Assembly (NCBI GenBank): GCA_965267575.1
Contig: OZ254086.1
Location: 3,840,001 to 3,904,000 of the forward strand
Source of the DNA: Calditrichales bacterium
GTDB taxonomy: Bacteria > Calditrichota > Calditrichia > Calditrichales > J004
Direction of reading: 5' to 3'
DNA: 64,000 bases
The translations under genes were made by a program, and so were the position numbers. Positions 25,689-36,452 of the stretch are shown here, in pieces (the stretch's first letter is position 1; every line of letters begins with the position of its first letter). The notes beneath the pieces are model-generated. The model did no database searches and was not told the DNA's origin. It saw only the letters and a list, made by a program, of their open reading frames with translations.

Positions 25689-27645
25689 CTTTATTCTCCT
25701 CCGCTTTCAGCTCAGGCTCCAGGAATTCTTTTTTATTTTCCTGCTGATTTTCTGGTGCGGGTTCGGCGGCCGGCTCTTCGGCCTTGGGTTCAGCGATTTT
25801 TTTTAATGCGATACGTGCACCCTCGCTTTTAGGGTATTCTTTTACCAGCAACGCGTAAGAATCCACAGCGCTTTTGATGTCCTGCAAATAATGCTCATAT
25901 ACGTAGGCGATAGCAAATCGTGCCTTTTCGGCCCACACAGTTCCGGAGTCCTGCTCGGCAACCTCTCGGAACATTGCAATCGCCTTTTCATACTGTTCTG
26001 CTTCGATCTGTTCTTCCGCACGCCTGTATTTATTGTAGACGGGGGCATCATTGGATTCTTCGCCCTGCTGCAGCTGGCCAGCCAGCTTTTGTCCGTAGCG
26101 TGTGTCCGGATATTGACGCAGAATAGAGTCTTTTAAAGAATCCGCGGTGACACTATCGTTTTTAACGGAATTATATATAAAATATAGCGCATAGTACGCT
26201 TTTGGTGTAAGCACACTGTCCTGAAAATTGCTGATAAACTCATTGTAGCGGACCGTGGCGCTGTCATAGTGCTGATAGTTAAGCAGAAAATATTCCGCCA
26301 GGCGATACGTGTTTCTCTGCAGGCTCTCTTTTACCTGCTCGGGGCTGCGCGAAACGGCGACTTTCTTTTCCTTTATCTTCGTGGTGGTCTGGCTTTCCGG
26401 CAAAGTGTCCTGGTTCGCAAAAGCAAGCGAGTCTGCTGTGGCCGCAGAGGCAGTATCGCCAAAAGCTGTTTGTTCTTGCTCGGAAACATTTACGTTCACC
26501 GTATCTAGCCCGGTTACCATACTATCTATAAGCGTGGAATCACCCTGCTCCAATTTAAAAATATCGCTTTTATCTTTGCGGATCTGGTCCCGGATTTTCA
26601 GATATTCAGCCAGAATTTTGGAACGATTGTTGGCGTCTCTGGCGGCTTCAACTTTGGCGTTTTGCTTGGCAACATTATCGTAGCGCACCTTTGCCGAATC
26701 CATCCAGCCGTATTCAAATTCATATATTTGCGCGATATAGAAATTGGCAAGGGCCGCGCCCTCACTGCGGGGATATTTTTCTATTACATCAAAATAGTTA
26801 TCAATGGCGTATTCATAATCATCCTGAAACTCATACAGGTTGGCCAGCTTTACGGCAATATTGGAGTAATATTCTTTAAAACGCTGATCGCGCAGGATAT
26901 TACGCAGCGTATTTTCTGCCTCTTCAAATTGCTCCAGCTTAACCAGCGCATCCACCATGCGGATAATGGCGTCGTATTGCTTTAAAACGGGAAGATCGCG
27001 CCTCAGCACTCGTTCATAGCTGTCCACAGCGTTCTGGTATTGCTCAAGTTCCGTGTAGGCCTCAGCCAGCCTGTACAACGCATTACCGGCAATTTCTCCA
27101 CTTCCGTCGAGCTCAGCCGCCTGTTCCAGGTTCTCTATGGCCAAATCGTACGAGCCGCGTAAATAATAGAGATTGCCAAGATTAAGGTGTGCGTCAGCCC
27201 TTATCTTTTCATCACCCGTATCATCGAGAATTTCCTGCAATTGCTGCAACGCTTTTTCGTCTTGCTCCAGCTTTACATAGGTTTTTCCCAGCCATAAACG
27301 GACTTCCGGTATAAATGGCGACTGCAGATATTTTTGCAGAAATTGTTCAAATATATTTTGCGCTTTGTCGTATTCTTCCAGCTGGAAATGGCCGCGGCCG
27401 ATCATAAAAAGCGCATCGTCCGCCCAACGGCTGCTATCCCCGTAAGAATCGATTACTTTCCAGGATTTGGCAATGGCCGACTGAAAATGCCGTTTTATTT
27501 CGGGGGTGATTTTCTTCTCTGCGGGATTGTTTTGCTTCTTCTCCAGCCCTTCACGGTATTGCTTTTCCGCATTAAAAAAAGTGTTAAAGTAGGCGCAGCC
27601 ACTAAAAAGCAGAAGCCCCGTTAAAAGTGTAATTATATATCTCAT
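25657..27645 (-). CDS. TPR-repeat lipoprotein
   Basis: Lipobox FSGC-AYFNTFFNA and many TPR units (YP.S motifs). Confidence 0.8.
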   Translation of the reverse strand: MRYIITLLTGLLLFSGCAYFNTFFNAEKQYREGLEKKQNNPAEKKITPEIKRHFQSAIAKSWKVIDSYGDSSRWADDALFMIGRGHFQLEEYDKAQNIFEQFLQKYLQSPFIPEVRLWLGKTYVKLEQDEKALQQLQEILDDTGDEKIRADAHLNLGNLYYLRGSYDLAIENLEQAAELDGSGEIAGNALYRLAEAYTELEQYQNAVDSYERVLRRDLPVLKQYDAIIRMVDALVKLEQFEEAENTLRNILRDQRFKEYYSNIAVKLANLYEFQDDYEYAIDNYFDVIEKYPRSEGAALANFYIAQIYEFEYGWMDSAKVRYDNVAKQNAKVEAARDANNRSKILAEYLKIRDQIRKDKSDIFKLEQGDSTLIDSMVTGLDTVNVNVSEQEQTAFGDTASAATADSLAFANQDTLPESQTTTKIKEKKVAVSRSPEQVKESLQRNTYRLAEYFLLNYQHYDSATVRYNEFISNFQDSVLTPKAYYALYFIYNSVKNDSVTADSLKDSILRQYPDTRYGQKLAGQLQQGEESNDAPVYNKYRRAEEQIEAEQYEKAIAMFREVAEQDSGTVWAEKARFAIAYVYEHYLQDIKSAVDSYALLVKEYPKSEGARIALKKIAEPKAEEPAAEPAPENQQENKKEFLEPELKAEENKAENPEEQEEE

Positions 27646-27646
27646 T

Positions 27647-28381
27647 TTATCTGATTCTATCCAGGTAAACAACTAATCCCGTTAATACTTTTGAAGCCGG
27701 CATTTGAATAAACTCATCCACATGGTCGGTTAAGGCCGTCGGCTCGGTATTTATTTCCACAACATAGGCCCCATTACCCTTGGCAATATAGGGTAAAGAA
27801 GCCGCCGGCTCTACCAGTGAAGATGTGCCGACAGAGAAAAAGACTTCGCATGTGGCTGAGGTCTCCTGCGCTTTGCGTAAAACGCTTTCTTCCAGCGCTT
27901 CGCCAAAAAGGACTACATCCGGCCTTAAGTTACCGCCACATTTTGCACACTGCGGAACCGTACCTTTTGGTACCGCCGTTCCCGCTGTAACATCGACACA
28001 TTGACTGCATTTGTTACGCACTATGTTGCCATGCAGTTCAACAAGATGCTCACTTCCAGCTTCACGATGCAAATTATCCACGTTTTGCGTAATTAGGTAA
28101 AATTCTTCGAAATAATTTTCCATATCCACCAGCGCGTAATGTCCAAGATTCGGCTTAACCCTGGACAGAAGATCACGCCGCCAACTGTAAAATTCCCAAA
28201 AAAGCTCAGGTTCCTGTTCAAATTTTTCAACAGTGGCTAATTGTTGAACCTGGTAATTGTTCCACAAGCCATCCTTGCCGCGGAATGTCGGTACGCCGCT
28301 CTCAGCTGATATGCCTGCGCCCGTAAGAACTGTAACATTATAGGCATTTTTTAATCTTAATATCAGCTTTTGAGAAATCAT
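27647..28381 (-). CDS. cobB: NAD-dependent deacylase (sirtuin)
   Basis: TGAGISAESGVPTFRG, TQNVDNLH, ELHGN, CxxC pairs and RPDVVLFGE. Confidence 0.95.
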   Translation of the reverse strand: MISQKLILRLKNAYNVTVLTGAGISAESGVPTFRGKDGLWNNYQVQQLATVEKFEQEPELFWEFYSWRRDLLSRVKPNLGHYALVDMENYFEEFYLITQNVDNLHREAGSEHLVELHGNIVRNKCSQCVDVTAGTAVPKGTVPQCAKCGGNLRPDVVLFGEALEESVLRKAQETSATCEVFFSVGTSSLVEPAASLPYIAKGNGAYVVEINTEPTALTDHVDEFIQMPASKVLTGLVVYLDRIR

Positions 28382-28459
28382 CTACAGCTCCACTTTAGAT
28401 TATTTTAAATCTTTACTTAATATTTTACAAGCAAATCTTAAAGCTATACTTTAGGTCGC

Positions 28460-29443
28460 CTATAGGGTTGCCGCTATGCTGAAATAGTATTTTAATAGAA
28501 TCGGGCTGATGGCCAGAAGCCATAAAATCACTCCCGAGCTGAAGTTAAATCGCATAAGAATCATCGCATAGCTGATGCTGAATTGCTTCCCGATAAAATG
28601 TATTGATGTTCTGCTAATAATCTGCGAGCATATCAGACTCATTATAAAAATAGCACTTAAATAAATCCATAGATAGCCAACAAACCAGTAGCGTTTATTA
28701 AAAAGCAATAAGGCATCGGTTGAAGTAAGTGACGCGTAATAATTGGCCATACCGTGGACGATAAATAACTGTGATAAAACGAAATATGCAATCGCAATAA
28801 GCACATAAATATTTAAAAACCCCGTGGCGGATTTTTTCAGAACAAACATGTGCACAACTATAAATACGATCGTAAACAATATGTACGCAATTGTAACGCC
28901 GCCCGGCATCAACGTTACATTCTCGCCGAAAGCCTGCGGTATAACCTGCCCTATCTGCGGAATGACAAACAAAGATAGTTTTGAATAGTAATCCGGGATC
29001 ATTAGCGCGATATCAACCAAAACAATCAGACTGAGAAGCAGAACGACCCTTCTGATGAAATAATGCCTGTATTCGATTTTGTAACGGTAATATAGAAAAC
29101 CAAACCAGGCCACAAAGATCATAACCAGCGATAATGTTAAAGAAACCAGATGCAATACAAAGGATGATAAATTTCCCTGAAGAATCTGCGAAATGCCTGA
29201 GATACCGTTAAACAGTGAAATGCTGTATAATATTTTTGCAATCAACGATAACAAAGTAAGCCCGGCGGCGCTATAGAAGGTAACCTGGAAAAGTCGGCTG
29301 AGACGGGTTATCAGCTTACCGTCCTTGGAGCCGTGCAGGATATTTTTTTCCAGCTTCAAGGAGTTTGAGTAAACAAAGAACGCACACAATATCGTTGCAA
29401 AATCAGCAATAAGTGTAGTGTAAAAAGAAATATCCGTAATCAC
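28460..29443 (-). CDS. Hypothetical polytopic membrane protein
   Basis: 327 aa, about 8 hydrophobic segments, AT-rich. Confidence 0.6.
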   Translation of the reverse strand: MITDISFYTTLIADFATILCAFFVYSNSLKLEKNILHGSKDGKLITRLSRLFQVTFYSAAGLTLLSLIAKILYSISLFNGISGISQILQGNLSSFVLHLVSLTLSLVMIFVAWFGFLYYRYKIEYRHYFIRRVVLLLSLIVLVDIALMIPDYYSKLSLFVIPQIGQVIPQAFGENVTLMPGGVTIAYILFTIVFIVVHMFVLKKSATGFLNIYVLIAIAYFVLSQLFIVHGMANYYASLTSTDALLLFNKRYWFVGYLWIYLSAIFIMSLICSQIISRTSIHFIGKQFSISYAMILMRFNFSSGVILWLLAISPILLKYYFSIAATL

Positions 29444-29454
29444 GGTTTTTCCCG

Positions 29455-30639
29455 TTACTTAAAAATTTCGGAGCAGGTTTTTTCCAGAATATCAACGCCC
29501 TTGTCGATTTCGTCTTCCGTAATAATTAAAGGCGGCACAAACCTCAACGTACTTGTTCCACCGGAGAGATTCAATATCAGGCCGTTTTCGAAGCATTTGC
29601 TCATCAGCAGTCTATTATCACCTTCAACTTCTGCACCCAGCATAAGCCCTGCACCACGGATGCTTTTCACTTTGCCGGGATATTTTTGCTGCCAGGAACG
29701 CAGCCTGCCGGCCAGGTAGTCGCCTTTTGCTGAAACCGCTTCGATAAAGCCCGGTGCCGTTACCGTTTCCAGTACGGCCAGTCCTGCTGTGCAGGCCAGC
29801 GGATTGCCGCCATAAGTAGTGCCGTGATCGCCTTTTTTAAAAACGCCGGCCAGAGCATTGTTCACCAGGAATCCGCCCAATGGCAAACCGCCACCGACCG
29901 CTTTGGCCACGGCAATGGCATCGGGAACAAAGTCAAAATACTCGTAATAGAACATACGCCCTGTCCGGGCAATACCGGTCTGAATTTCGTCGCAAATAAC
30001 AAGAAAGCCGTGCTCATCTTTGGCTTGTTTGATCGCTTGCAGCATTTTCTGCGGCAGCGGCCGTATGCCGCCCTGCCCCGCGATACCCTCAAAGAATACG
30101 GCGCAGGTATTCTTACCGGCAACCCTTAAGAAAGCGTCCGTGTCATCCGCGGCCAAAATTTTAATGTTTGGTATCAGCGGACCAATGGATTTTTGATAAA
30201 CGGCTTGTCCGGTCAGGCTGACGGCTCCCAGGGTCCTTCCATGAAAACTGTTTTCAAAAACAATGATTTCCTGGCGTCCGTTTTCGTTGCCCCATTTTTT
30301 GGCCAGTTTTAGCAAACCCTCCATGGCCTCTGTGCCGCTGTTGGAGAAAAAGACTTTATCATACGGCGTAAGTTCAAGAAGCTTTTGGGCCAGCTTAATC
30401 TGAATTTCCTGAACAAAATAGTTGCTGAGATGCAGAGGACGCCTGAGATGTTCCTGCAGGGCAGACAAAACCGCGGGATGCCTGTAGCCGAGGGCGTTTA
30501 CGGCAATACCGGCAAGCATGTCCAGATAAGCTTTGCCGCTGTCGTCGAAAAGAAAGCAACCTTCGCCATCAACGATGTTGGCGGGAAAGCGCTCATATAC
30601 CGGCAAAAAGTACCGGCTTTCTTGTTCAAGTATTTGCAT
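29455..30639 (-). CDS. argD: Acetylornithine aminotransferase (class III PLP)
   Basis: YLDMLAGIAVNALG, NSGTEA, SFHGRT, DEIQTG, AKAVGGG and HGTTYGGNP. Confidence 0.88.
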   Translation of the reverse strand: MQILEQESRYFLPVYERFPANIVDGEGCFLFDDSGKAYLDMLAGIAVNALGYRHPAVLSALQEHLRRPLHLSNYFVQEIQIKLAQKLLELTPYDKVFFSNSGTEAMEGLLKLAKKWGNENGRQEIIVFENSFHGRTLGAVSLTGQAVYQKSIGPLIPNIKILAADDTDAFLRVAGKNTCAVFFEGIAGQGGIRPLPQKMLQAIKQAKDEHGFLVICDEIQTGIARTGRMFYYEYFDFVPDAIAVAKAVGGGLPLGGFLVNNALAGVFKKGDHGTTYGGNPLACTAGLAVLETVTAPGFIEAVSAKGDYLAGRLRSWQQKYPGKVKSIRGAGLMLGAEVEGDNRLLMSKCFENGLILNLSGGTSTLRFVPPLIITEDEIDKGVDILEKTCSEIFK

Positions 30640-31319
30640 TAACGGTTTTTACTCAGCAAAACGAGCTGTGTTTTTGCATCATAGCTGTGACGATGTTCCG
30701 GAAAGCGCTCCACCAGCTCATCCAGCACTTCTCCTGCATCCTCCTGCTCACCGGCATTTAACAGGCACAATGCCTGCAAATAAAGGTAGTCGCCGGCTTT
30801 TTCAAATTCCCCGGCGCGGGACTGAGCTCTGTCATAATAATCTGCGGCCGTTTTAAAATCCTTTTCCTGCTCGTAGCAGGCGGCCAGACCGGCATAACCC
30901 GAAGCCAGGAGAATATTGCTTCCGCTGTAGCTGTCGGTAAACTCTTCAAAAAGCGTCTTCGCCTGCGCATATTGTTCATCCTGGTAGTTCAGGTTGGCCA
31001 GCAGAAAAAGCCCCTGTTCACCTGCCTCTGTGCCGGAATACTCTTCGATAAGGCGATCCAGAAAATCACGCGCCTTGTCATAGTTCATCTGGTCATATTC
31101 AACCTGCGCCTTGCCCAGTATTGCCGTTGCCTCTTCGGCATTTACATTCTGGATGTAATTCACAAGCAGAACGATCAGAACAATCGCCACGATCCCGGCC
31201 AGGGCGCCATAAATAATATTAGTATTTTGCTCGTAGTAGGTTTGTGCTTTTAACAGCGTATCCAGCAGCGGATCGTGTTTTAGCTCTTTTTTGTTGAATT
31301 TCTTTTGCGGTTTTAACAT
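30639..31319 (-). CDS. Membrane-anchored TPR protein (YfgM-like)
   Basis: KELKHDP N-terminus, a single TM helix, then TPR repeats. Confidence 0.7.
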   Translation of the reverse strand: MLKPQKKFNKKELKHDPLLDTLLKAQTYYEQNTNIIYGALAGIVAIVLIVLLVNYIQNVNAEEATAILGKAQVEYDQMNYDKARDFLDRLIEEYSGTEAGEQGLFLLANLNYQDEQYAQAKTLFEEFTDSYSGSNILLASGYAGLAACYEQEKDFKTAADYYDRAQSRAGEFEKAGDYLYLQALCLLNAGEQEDAGEVLDELVERFPEHRHSYDAKTQLVLLSKNR

Positions 31320-31343
31320 TTCTCCTCCGTAAGTTAAAATCTG

Positions 31344-31418
31344 TGCCCCATCCAGGACTCGAACCTGGGCTAACCAAGATTAGGAATCTTGTGCTCTATC
31401 CTACTGAGCTAATGGGGC
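31344..31418 (-). tRNA. tRNA-Arg (anticodon CCT)
   Basis: GCCCCATTAGCTCAGTAGGATAGAGCACAAGATTCCTAATCTTGGTTAGCCCAGGTTCGAGTCCTGGATGGGGCA folds as a cloverleaf; CCA not encoded. Confidence 0.95.
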
Positions 31419-31420
31419 CC

Positions 31421-31954
31421 TTAGGAATTATATTTAATAAGACTGGTAACGGGATATTTTTCTATGGCTTTTTGGCCGTTCAGAAAGCTCAGTTCTATCA
31501 GGAACAGAATATGTTCCACCTTGGCGCCGCATTGCTCAACCAGGTACGCGGCGGCGGCAGCCGTGCCTCCTGTTGCCAGAAGATCGTCAATAATCAAGAC
31601 ATTGGCCCCGGGATGAAAAGCGTCGCGGTGTACCTCAAGAGCGTTTATGCCATATTCCAGCTCGTACTCGCGGGTGAAAGTGTCCGCGGGTAGTTTGCCC
31701 GGCTTGCGTACAGGCACAAATCCCGCGTTGAGGCGCAGAGCCAAAGCCGCGCCAAATATAAATCCGCGCGATTCAATGCCGCAGACATAGTCGATATCTT
31801 TATCTTTGCATGCATCATACAGGATATCCACGGAAATCCTGAGCAGCTCCGGGTCCTGCAGGATCGGTGTTATATCTTTAAAAACTATCCCCTTTTTCGG
31901 GAAATCCGGAACATCTCTGATCGCGTCTCTTACGAGATTTATGTTTTTTGACAT
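31421..31954 (-). CDS. apt: Adenine phosphoribosyltransferase
   Basis: PDFPKKGIVFKDIT, GIESRGF, RKPGKLP, YELEYG and DDLLATGGT. Confidence 0.97.
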   Translation of the reverse strand: MSKNINLVRDAIRDVPDFPKKGIVFKDITPILQDPELLRISVDILYDACKDKDIDYVCGIESRGFIFGAALALRLNAGFVPVRKPGKLPADTFTREYELEYGINALEVHRDAFHPGANVLIIDDLLATGGTAAAAAYLVEQCGAKVEHILFLIELSFLNGQKAIEKYPVTSLIKYNS

Positions 31955-32230
31955 CTAGTACACCACCTCAAAGTTGTTGTACGTTCTGCTTCCTTCAAGT
32001 TCCTCGGCGTCAAACCGGTCAACCCGGGCGGAAGAAGGCCCGCTGTTAAGTTTTTTTTCAAAATCGGTCAGCGTATTTTGATCCGCTTGTGCCACCACCT
32101 CAACACTGCCGTCGGCACAATTTTTAACCGTTCCTTTTACACCAAGCTTACGTGCGTTCTCTGTTGTAAACCAGCGGAAACCCACACCCTGAACACGTCC
32201 GGTAATACGATATTTTACAGTTTTGGTCAT
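31955..32230 (-). CDS. acyP: Acylphosphatase
   Basis: GRVQGVGFR, G.VKN..DGSVE and GPSSARV. Confidence 0.95.
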   Translation of the reverse strand: MTKTVKYRITGRVQGVGFRWFTTENARKLGVKGTVKNCADGSVEVVAQADQNTLTDFEKKLNSGPSSARVDRFDAEELEGSRTYNNFEVVY

Positions 32231-32245
32231 AAAAGCAAATGTCTT

Positions 32246-33541
32246 TTAAGGATTCAATCTGTACATGGTTCGCGGAAACGGAATTGTCTCGCGGATGTGT
32301 GGAACGCCGCAGATCCAGGCGACCGTGCGTTCAATGCCCAGCCCAAAGCCGGAATGCGGTACGGAACCGTACTTACGCAAATCGAGATACCAGGAAAAGG
32401 CATCTTCAGGCAGATTGTGCTCTCGGATGCGGCCCAGGAGCGTATCATAGTCATCCTCGCGCTGCGAACCGCCGATAATCTCTCCGTAGCCTTCGGGAGC
32501 CAGCATATCCATGGCCAGGGCAAATTGAGCGTCCTCCGGATCACGCTTCATGTAAAATGCTTTTACGGCGGCAGGATAGCGATGCACAATCACAGGACGA
32601 TCATACTGTTCCGAAATGATCGTCTCATCGGTACCGCCAAAATCATCACCAAATTTGAAGTCCGGATTCTGCTTTTTAAGAATTTCCACCGCCTCTTTAT
32701 AATGCAGGCGCGGAAATGGTGCCTGGATTTTTTCCAGCTTGGAGATATCGCGCTCCAGCTTCTCCAGGTCGCTGCGCCTGTTTTGCAGCACTTGTTGCAC
32801 GATGTAGGCAATAAACTGTTCGGCCACTTCCATGTTTTTTTCGAGATCGCAATAAGCCATTTCCGGCTCAATCATCCAAAACTCAGTCAGATGCCGGCGT
32901 GTTTTGGACTTCTCGGCGCGGAACGTTGGCCCGAAGCAGTAAATATCACCAAAGGCCATACAGGCTGCCTCGCCGTACAGCTGTCCCGATTGAGCCAGGT
33001 AGGCTTTTCGGTCAAAGTAGTCGGTTTCAAAAAGTGTGGTGGTGCCTTCAGCGGCATTTGGTGTAAAGATGGGCGTATCAACCAGGGTAAATCCGCGTTC
33101 ATCAAAAAAGGTGCGTGCGGCCCGGATGATTTCATGGCGTACGCGCAAAATGGCGTGCTGCCGTGATGACCTTATCCACAAATGACGGTTGTCCATCAAA
33201 AAATCCGTGCCATGCTCTTTAAGTGCTATCGGGTACTCATCCGCCACCTGATGAATCGTGAGCTCCTTCACCTGGATTTCAAAACCAAGCGGGGAACGTT
33301 CATCCCTGCTTACCGTACCCGTTACCTCAAAGGAACTTTCCTGCGTTAAGGCGGTGGCGTCATCGAAAACTTTTTCCGTAACGCTGCCTTTAAATACAAC
33401 GCACTGTATCGTTTCCGTGCCATCCCTTAGCAATAGAAACCGCAATTTGCCGCTGGATCTTTTGTTGTAGAGCCAGCCTCTCAGGGTTACATCCTGATCG
33501 ACATATTTTCCGACATCACGTACTTTTACAACATCAGCCAT
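32246..33541 (-). CDS. asnS: Asparagine--tRNA ligase
   Basis: OB-fold N-terminus, [40 protein letters not shown] and [11 protein letters not shown]. Confidence 0.95.
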   Translation of the reverse strand: MADVVKVRDVGKYVDQDVTLRGWLYNKRSSGKLRFLLLRDGTETIQCVVFKGSVTEKVFDDATALTQESSFEVTGTVSRDERSPLGFEIQVKELTIHQVADEYPIALKEHGTDFLMDNRHLWIRSSRQHAILRVRHEIIRAARTFFDERGFTLVDTPIFTPNAAEGTTTLFETDYFDRKAYLAQSGQLYGEAACMAFGDIYCFGPTFRAEKSKTRRHLTEFWMIEPEMAYCDLEKNMEVAEQFIAYIVQQVLQNRRSDLEKLERDISKLEKIQAPFPRLHYKEAVEILKKQNPDFKFGDDFGGTDETIISEQYDRPVIVHRYPAAVKAFYMKRDPEDAQFALAMDMLAPEGYGEIIGGSQREDDYDTLLGRIREHNLPEDAFSWYLDLRKYGSVPHSGFGLGIERTVAWICGVPHIRETIPFPRTMYRLNP

Positions 33542-33677
33542 TATAGAATCAAACCTGTTTTTATTATATGAATAACAAGCGGGTAATTTAGGATTAAGCT
33601 CAAAATGGTGCAAGCAATAGGGAAAGATTTATCGCAGGGATTGGTACAAAGGCCGCGGGCAAATTCGCGGCCAAAAA

Positions 33678-34685
33678 TCAGGGCATTTTGCCAGCAATAA
33701 ATTTTTCAACCAGCTCAACATCTTCGCGCGACCCGATATATAATGGCGTGCGTTGGTGCAGTTCCGTCGGTTTAATCTCCATGATGCGTTTGGTCCCGTC
33801 GCTGGCTTTGCCGCCGGCCTGCTCCACAATAAACGCCATGGGATTGGCTTCATATGTGATGCGCAGCTTGCCCTGCGGCGCCAACTTGCTGGCCGGATAA
33901 AGGAAAATGCCGCCGTATAACAGGTTGCGGTGAAAATCTGAAACCATCGACCCGATATAGCGCGAATTTAACGGCCTCCCCGTCCCCGCATCGATCTGCT
34001 TTACATAATGCACATATTTTTTGATCGTACTGTCCCAATAATCGTAGTTACTCTCATTAACACTATATATTTTGCCTTTGGCCGGTATTTTCATATTGGG
34101 ATGGGACAAGACAAATTCGCCATAGCTGGGGTCGAGCGTAAAGCCGTGAACACCGTTGCCGGTAGTATAAACCATCATAGTGCTGGACCCGTACACCACG
34201 TAGCCGGCGCATATCTGTTTAGTGCCCGGCTGCAAAAGATCTTCCAGGGTACCCGGACGGCCATCCGGTGTAATGCGGCGGTAGATGGCAAATATGGTGC
34301 CCACACTGACATTGGCGTCGATATTACTGGATCCGTCCAGCGGATCGAACAAACAGACATACTTGCCAAGCGGAAATTTTTCCGGGATTTCCATAGGCTC
34401 TTTTTCTTCTTCGGAGGCCATAACACAGAGATGTCCGCCGTGATCCAGGGCCTTAAACATCGTTTCGTGCGCAAACACATCGAGCTTCTTTACCCTTTCG
34501 CCCTGCACATTGGTCTTGCCTGCTTCGCCCAAAATCCCTAAAAGACCGGCTTTATTTGTATGGTAAGATATCAGCTTTGCGGCAAAGGCAATATCGTTCA
34601 TCAGGTTGGTAAATTCGCCGGTAGCGTGCGGATGCTTGCGTTGTTCTTCAATAATATGTCTTGTAAGCGTTACAATCTTTTCCAT
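33678..34685 (-). CDS. fbp: Fructose-1,6-bisphosphatase class I
   Basis: FDPLDGSSNID, RYIGSMVSDFHR and GKLRITYEANP. Confidence 0.97.
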   Translation of the reverse strand: MEKIVTLTRHIIEEQRKHPHATGEFTNLMNDIAFAAKLISYHTNKAGLLGILGEAGKTNVQGERVKKLDVFAHETMFKALDHGGHLCVMASEEEKEPMEIPEKFPLGKYVCLFDPLDGSSNIDANVSVGTIFAIYRRITPDGRPGTLEDLLQPGTKQICAGYVVYGSSTMMVYTTGNGVHGFTLDPSYGEFVLSHPNMKIPAKGKIYSVNESNYDYWDSTIKKYVHYVKQIDAGTGRPLNSRYIGSMVSDFHRNLLYGGIFLYPASKLAPQGKLRITYEANPMAFIVEQAGGKASDGTKRIMEIKPTELHQRTPLYIGSREDVELVEKFIAGKMP

Positions 34686-34701
34686 TTTTCCTCCTTGAAA
34701 C

Positions 34702-35706
34702 CTAGCCCCAGTCTTCGATTTTGGATGCGCGGGTCATAAGGTCCGTAAGTGCGTCGTGCGGGGATTTATCTTTAAAAAGGGTGAGATATATTTGTTCTGT
34801 AATGGGCATCTCAACGCCATGCTCGCGGGCAAGCTCCCAGGCGGATTCTGTCGTTTTTACGCCTTCCGCCACCATCACCATTTCATCGAGAATATCCTGC
34901 AGCGTGCGTCCTTTTCCGATTTGTTCGCCGACGTGGCGGTTACGGGAGTGGCGGCTCATACAGGTTACGATCAGGTCACCCATTCCGCTAAGACCGGCAA
35001 ACGTGTCGCTGTGGGCGCCCATTTCTACGCCCAGGCGATTGATCTCTACCAATCCGCGCGTGATCAGGGCGGCCTTGGTATTGTCGCCATAGCCCGCGCC
35101 GTCGCATATGCCGGCAGCCAGCGCGATAATGTTTTTTAGCGCGCCGCCAAGCTCCACACCAATAACGTCGGTGTTAGCATAAACACGGAAATAGCTGTTC
35201 ATGAAAGCTTGCTGCACCACGCCTGCCGACTTGAGGCTCCTGGAAGCTGAGACAACGACCGTGGGTATTTTACGGCTAACCTCTTCGGCGTGGCTGGGTC
35301 CGGACAGTGCCACGATCAGCTCGGGATCGATTTTGCCCTCTTGCTCGATGATCTGCGACACGCGCATATGGGTCTTATTTTCGATGCCTTTTGAAACAGT
35401 AACCCAAACGGCGCCGGATTTGTCCTGAAATTCCGTCACCTGCGGAATGACTTTGCGTGTAACCTGGGTAGGAACGGCGCTCACGATCAACTCGGCACCG
35501 GGAACGACGCGGGACATGTCCGTTGAAAACAAAAGATCTTCGGGGATATCGACGCCGGGCAGGTACTCTTCGTTGCGGCGGTTTTTCTGAACATCTTCAA
35601 TGACGCTTTCGTCGCGTGTCCAGCATTTTACCGTGTGTCCGTTTTCATGCAGTACCATAGCCAGCGCCGTACCCCAGCTTCCGCTTCCAATCAATGCTAT
35701 ATTCAT
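34702..35706 (-). CDS. gpsA: NAD(P)H-dependent glycerol-3-phosphate dehydrogenase
   Basis: GSGSWGTAL, LSGPSHAEEV, GGALKN and GDLIVTC.SRN. Confidence 0.97.
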   Translation of the reverse strand: MNIALIGSGSWGTALAMVLHENGHTVKCWTRDESVIEDVQKNRRNEEYLPGVDIPEDLLFSTDMSRVVPGAELIVSAVPTQVTRKVIPQVTEFQDKSGAVWVTVSKGIENKTHMRVSQIIEQEGKIDPELIVALSGPSHAEEVSRKIPTVVVSASRSLKSAGVVQQAFMNSYFRVYANTDVIGVELGGALKNIIALAAGICDGAGYGDNTKAALITRGLVEINRLGVEMGAHSDTFAGLSGMGDLIVTCMSRHSRNRHVGEQIGKGRTLQDILDEMVMVAEGVKTTESAWELAREHGVEMPITEQIYLTLFKDKSPHDALTDLMTRASKIEDWG

Positions 35707-36353
35707 GCTTTATCTTCCTTGCTCCCTGAGAAGCTTATTTTGTTTTCGGTCCCGCTGACCAGCCGTTTTATATTCTCGCGGTGGGCAATCCAGATCAATA
35801 AAACAATCAAACCGCTAACGATAAGCAGCGCGTTGGGAATGAAGTCACCCATAACAAACCGTTGCAGCAACAGAACACCAATAAAAACAAGCGCCGCCAG
35901 AAGAGAGCCCAGCGACACGTAGCGGCTAATCCAGACAATACCGATAAATGTTAATAGTGCGATTGAGAGCGCCATAGGGGCCAGACCCAGAAATACGCCT
36001 GCGGCCGTTCCAACGCCTTTGCCGCCTTTAAAGCTGGCGAAAACCGTCCAGATATGGCCGGCAATTGCGGCGATCGCGGCAAGTATGCGGAAATAAACAA
36101 GCTGATCGGGCGGTGCGTTTGTTAAAATCGGAGCCAGCCAGTAAACGGGAACAAAGCCCTTGAACATATCAATGAGCAGAACGCTCAGGCCGGCCTTCCA
36201 GCCCAAAACCCGCAAAACATTCGTAGCGCCCATATTGCCGCTACCATGTTCTCTGATATCAATTCCTTTGAGCAGGCGACCGGCAATGATGGCTGTGGGG
36301 AACGAACCGAATAAATAGGCGACGATAGCCACGATAAGCGCTTCAGTTATCAT
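35703..36353 (-). CDS. plsY: Glycerol-3-phosphate acyltransferase PlsY
   Basis: DIREHGSGNMGATNVLR, FKGGKGV and HRENIKRL..G.E. Confidence 0.97.
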   Translation of the reverse strand: MITEALIVAIVAYLFGSFPTAIIAGRLLKGIDIREHGSGNMGATNVLRVLGWKAGLSVLLIDMFKGFVPVYWLAPILTNAPPDQLVYFRILAAIAAIAGHIWTVFASFKGGKGVGTAAGVFLGLAPMALSIALLTFIGIVWISRYVSLGSLLAALVFIGVLLLQRFVMGDFIPNALLIVSGLIVLLIWIAHRENIKRLVSGTENKISFSGSKEDKA

Positions 36354-36452
36354 TTAGTTTTTCCACGGTTAATCAAAAAATCGGTAAGATCGTACAGCTC
36401 TTGAATATACAAAAGAAAACAATTCGGGCAAGACGCTCACTTTAGAGTGTCG

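Noticed and set aside
31344..31418. tRNA-Arg as the prophage attachment site
   Set aside because: It lies 11 kb from the phage boundary inside a host operon, and I saw no duplicated tRNA 3' end near 20000.
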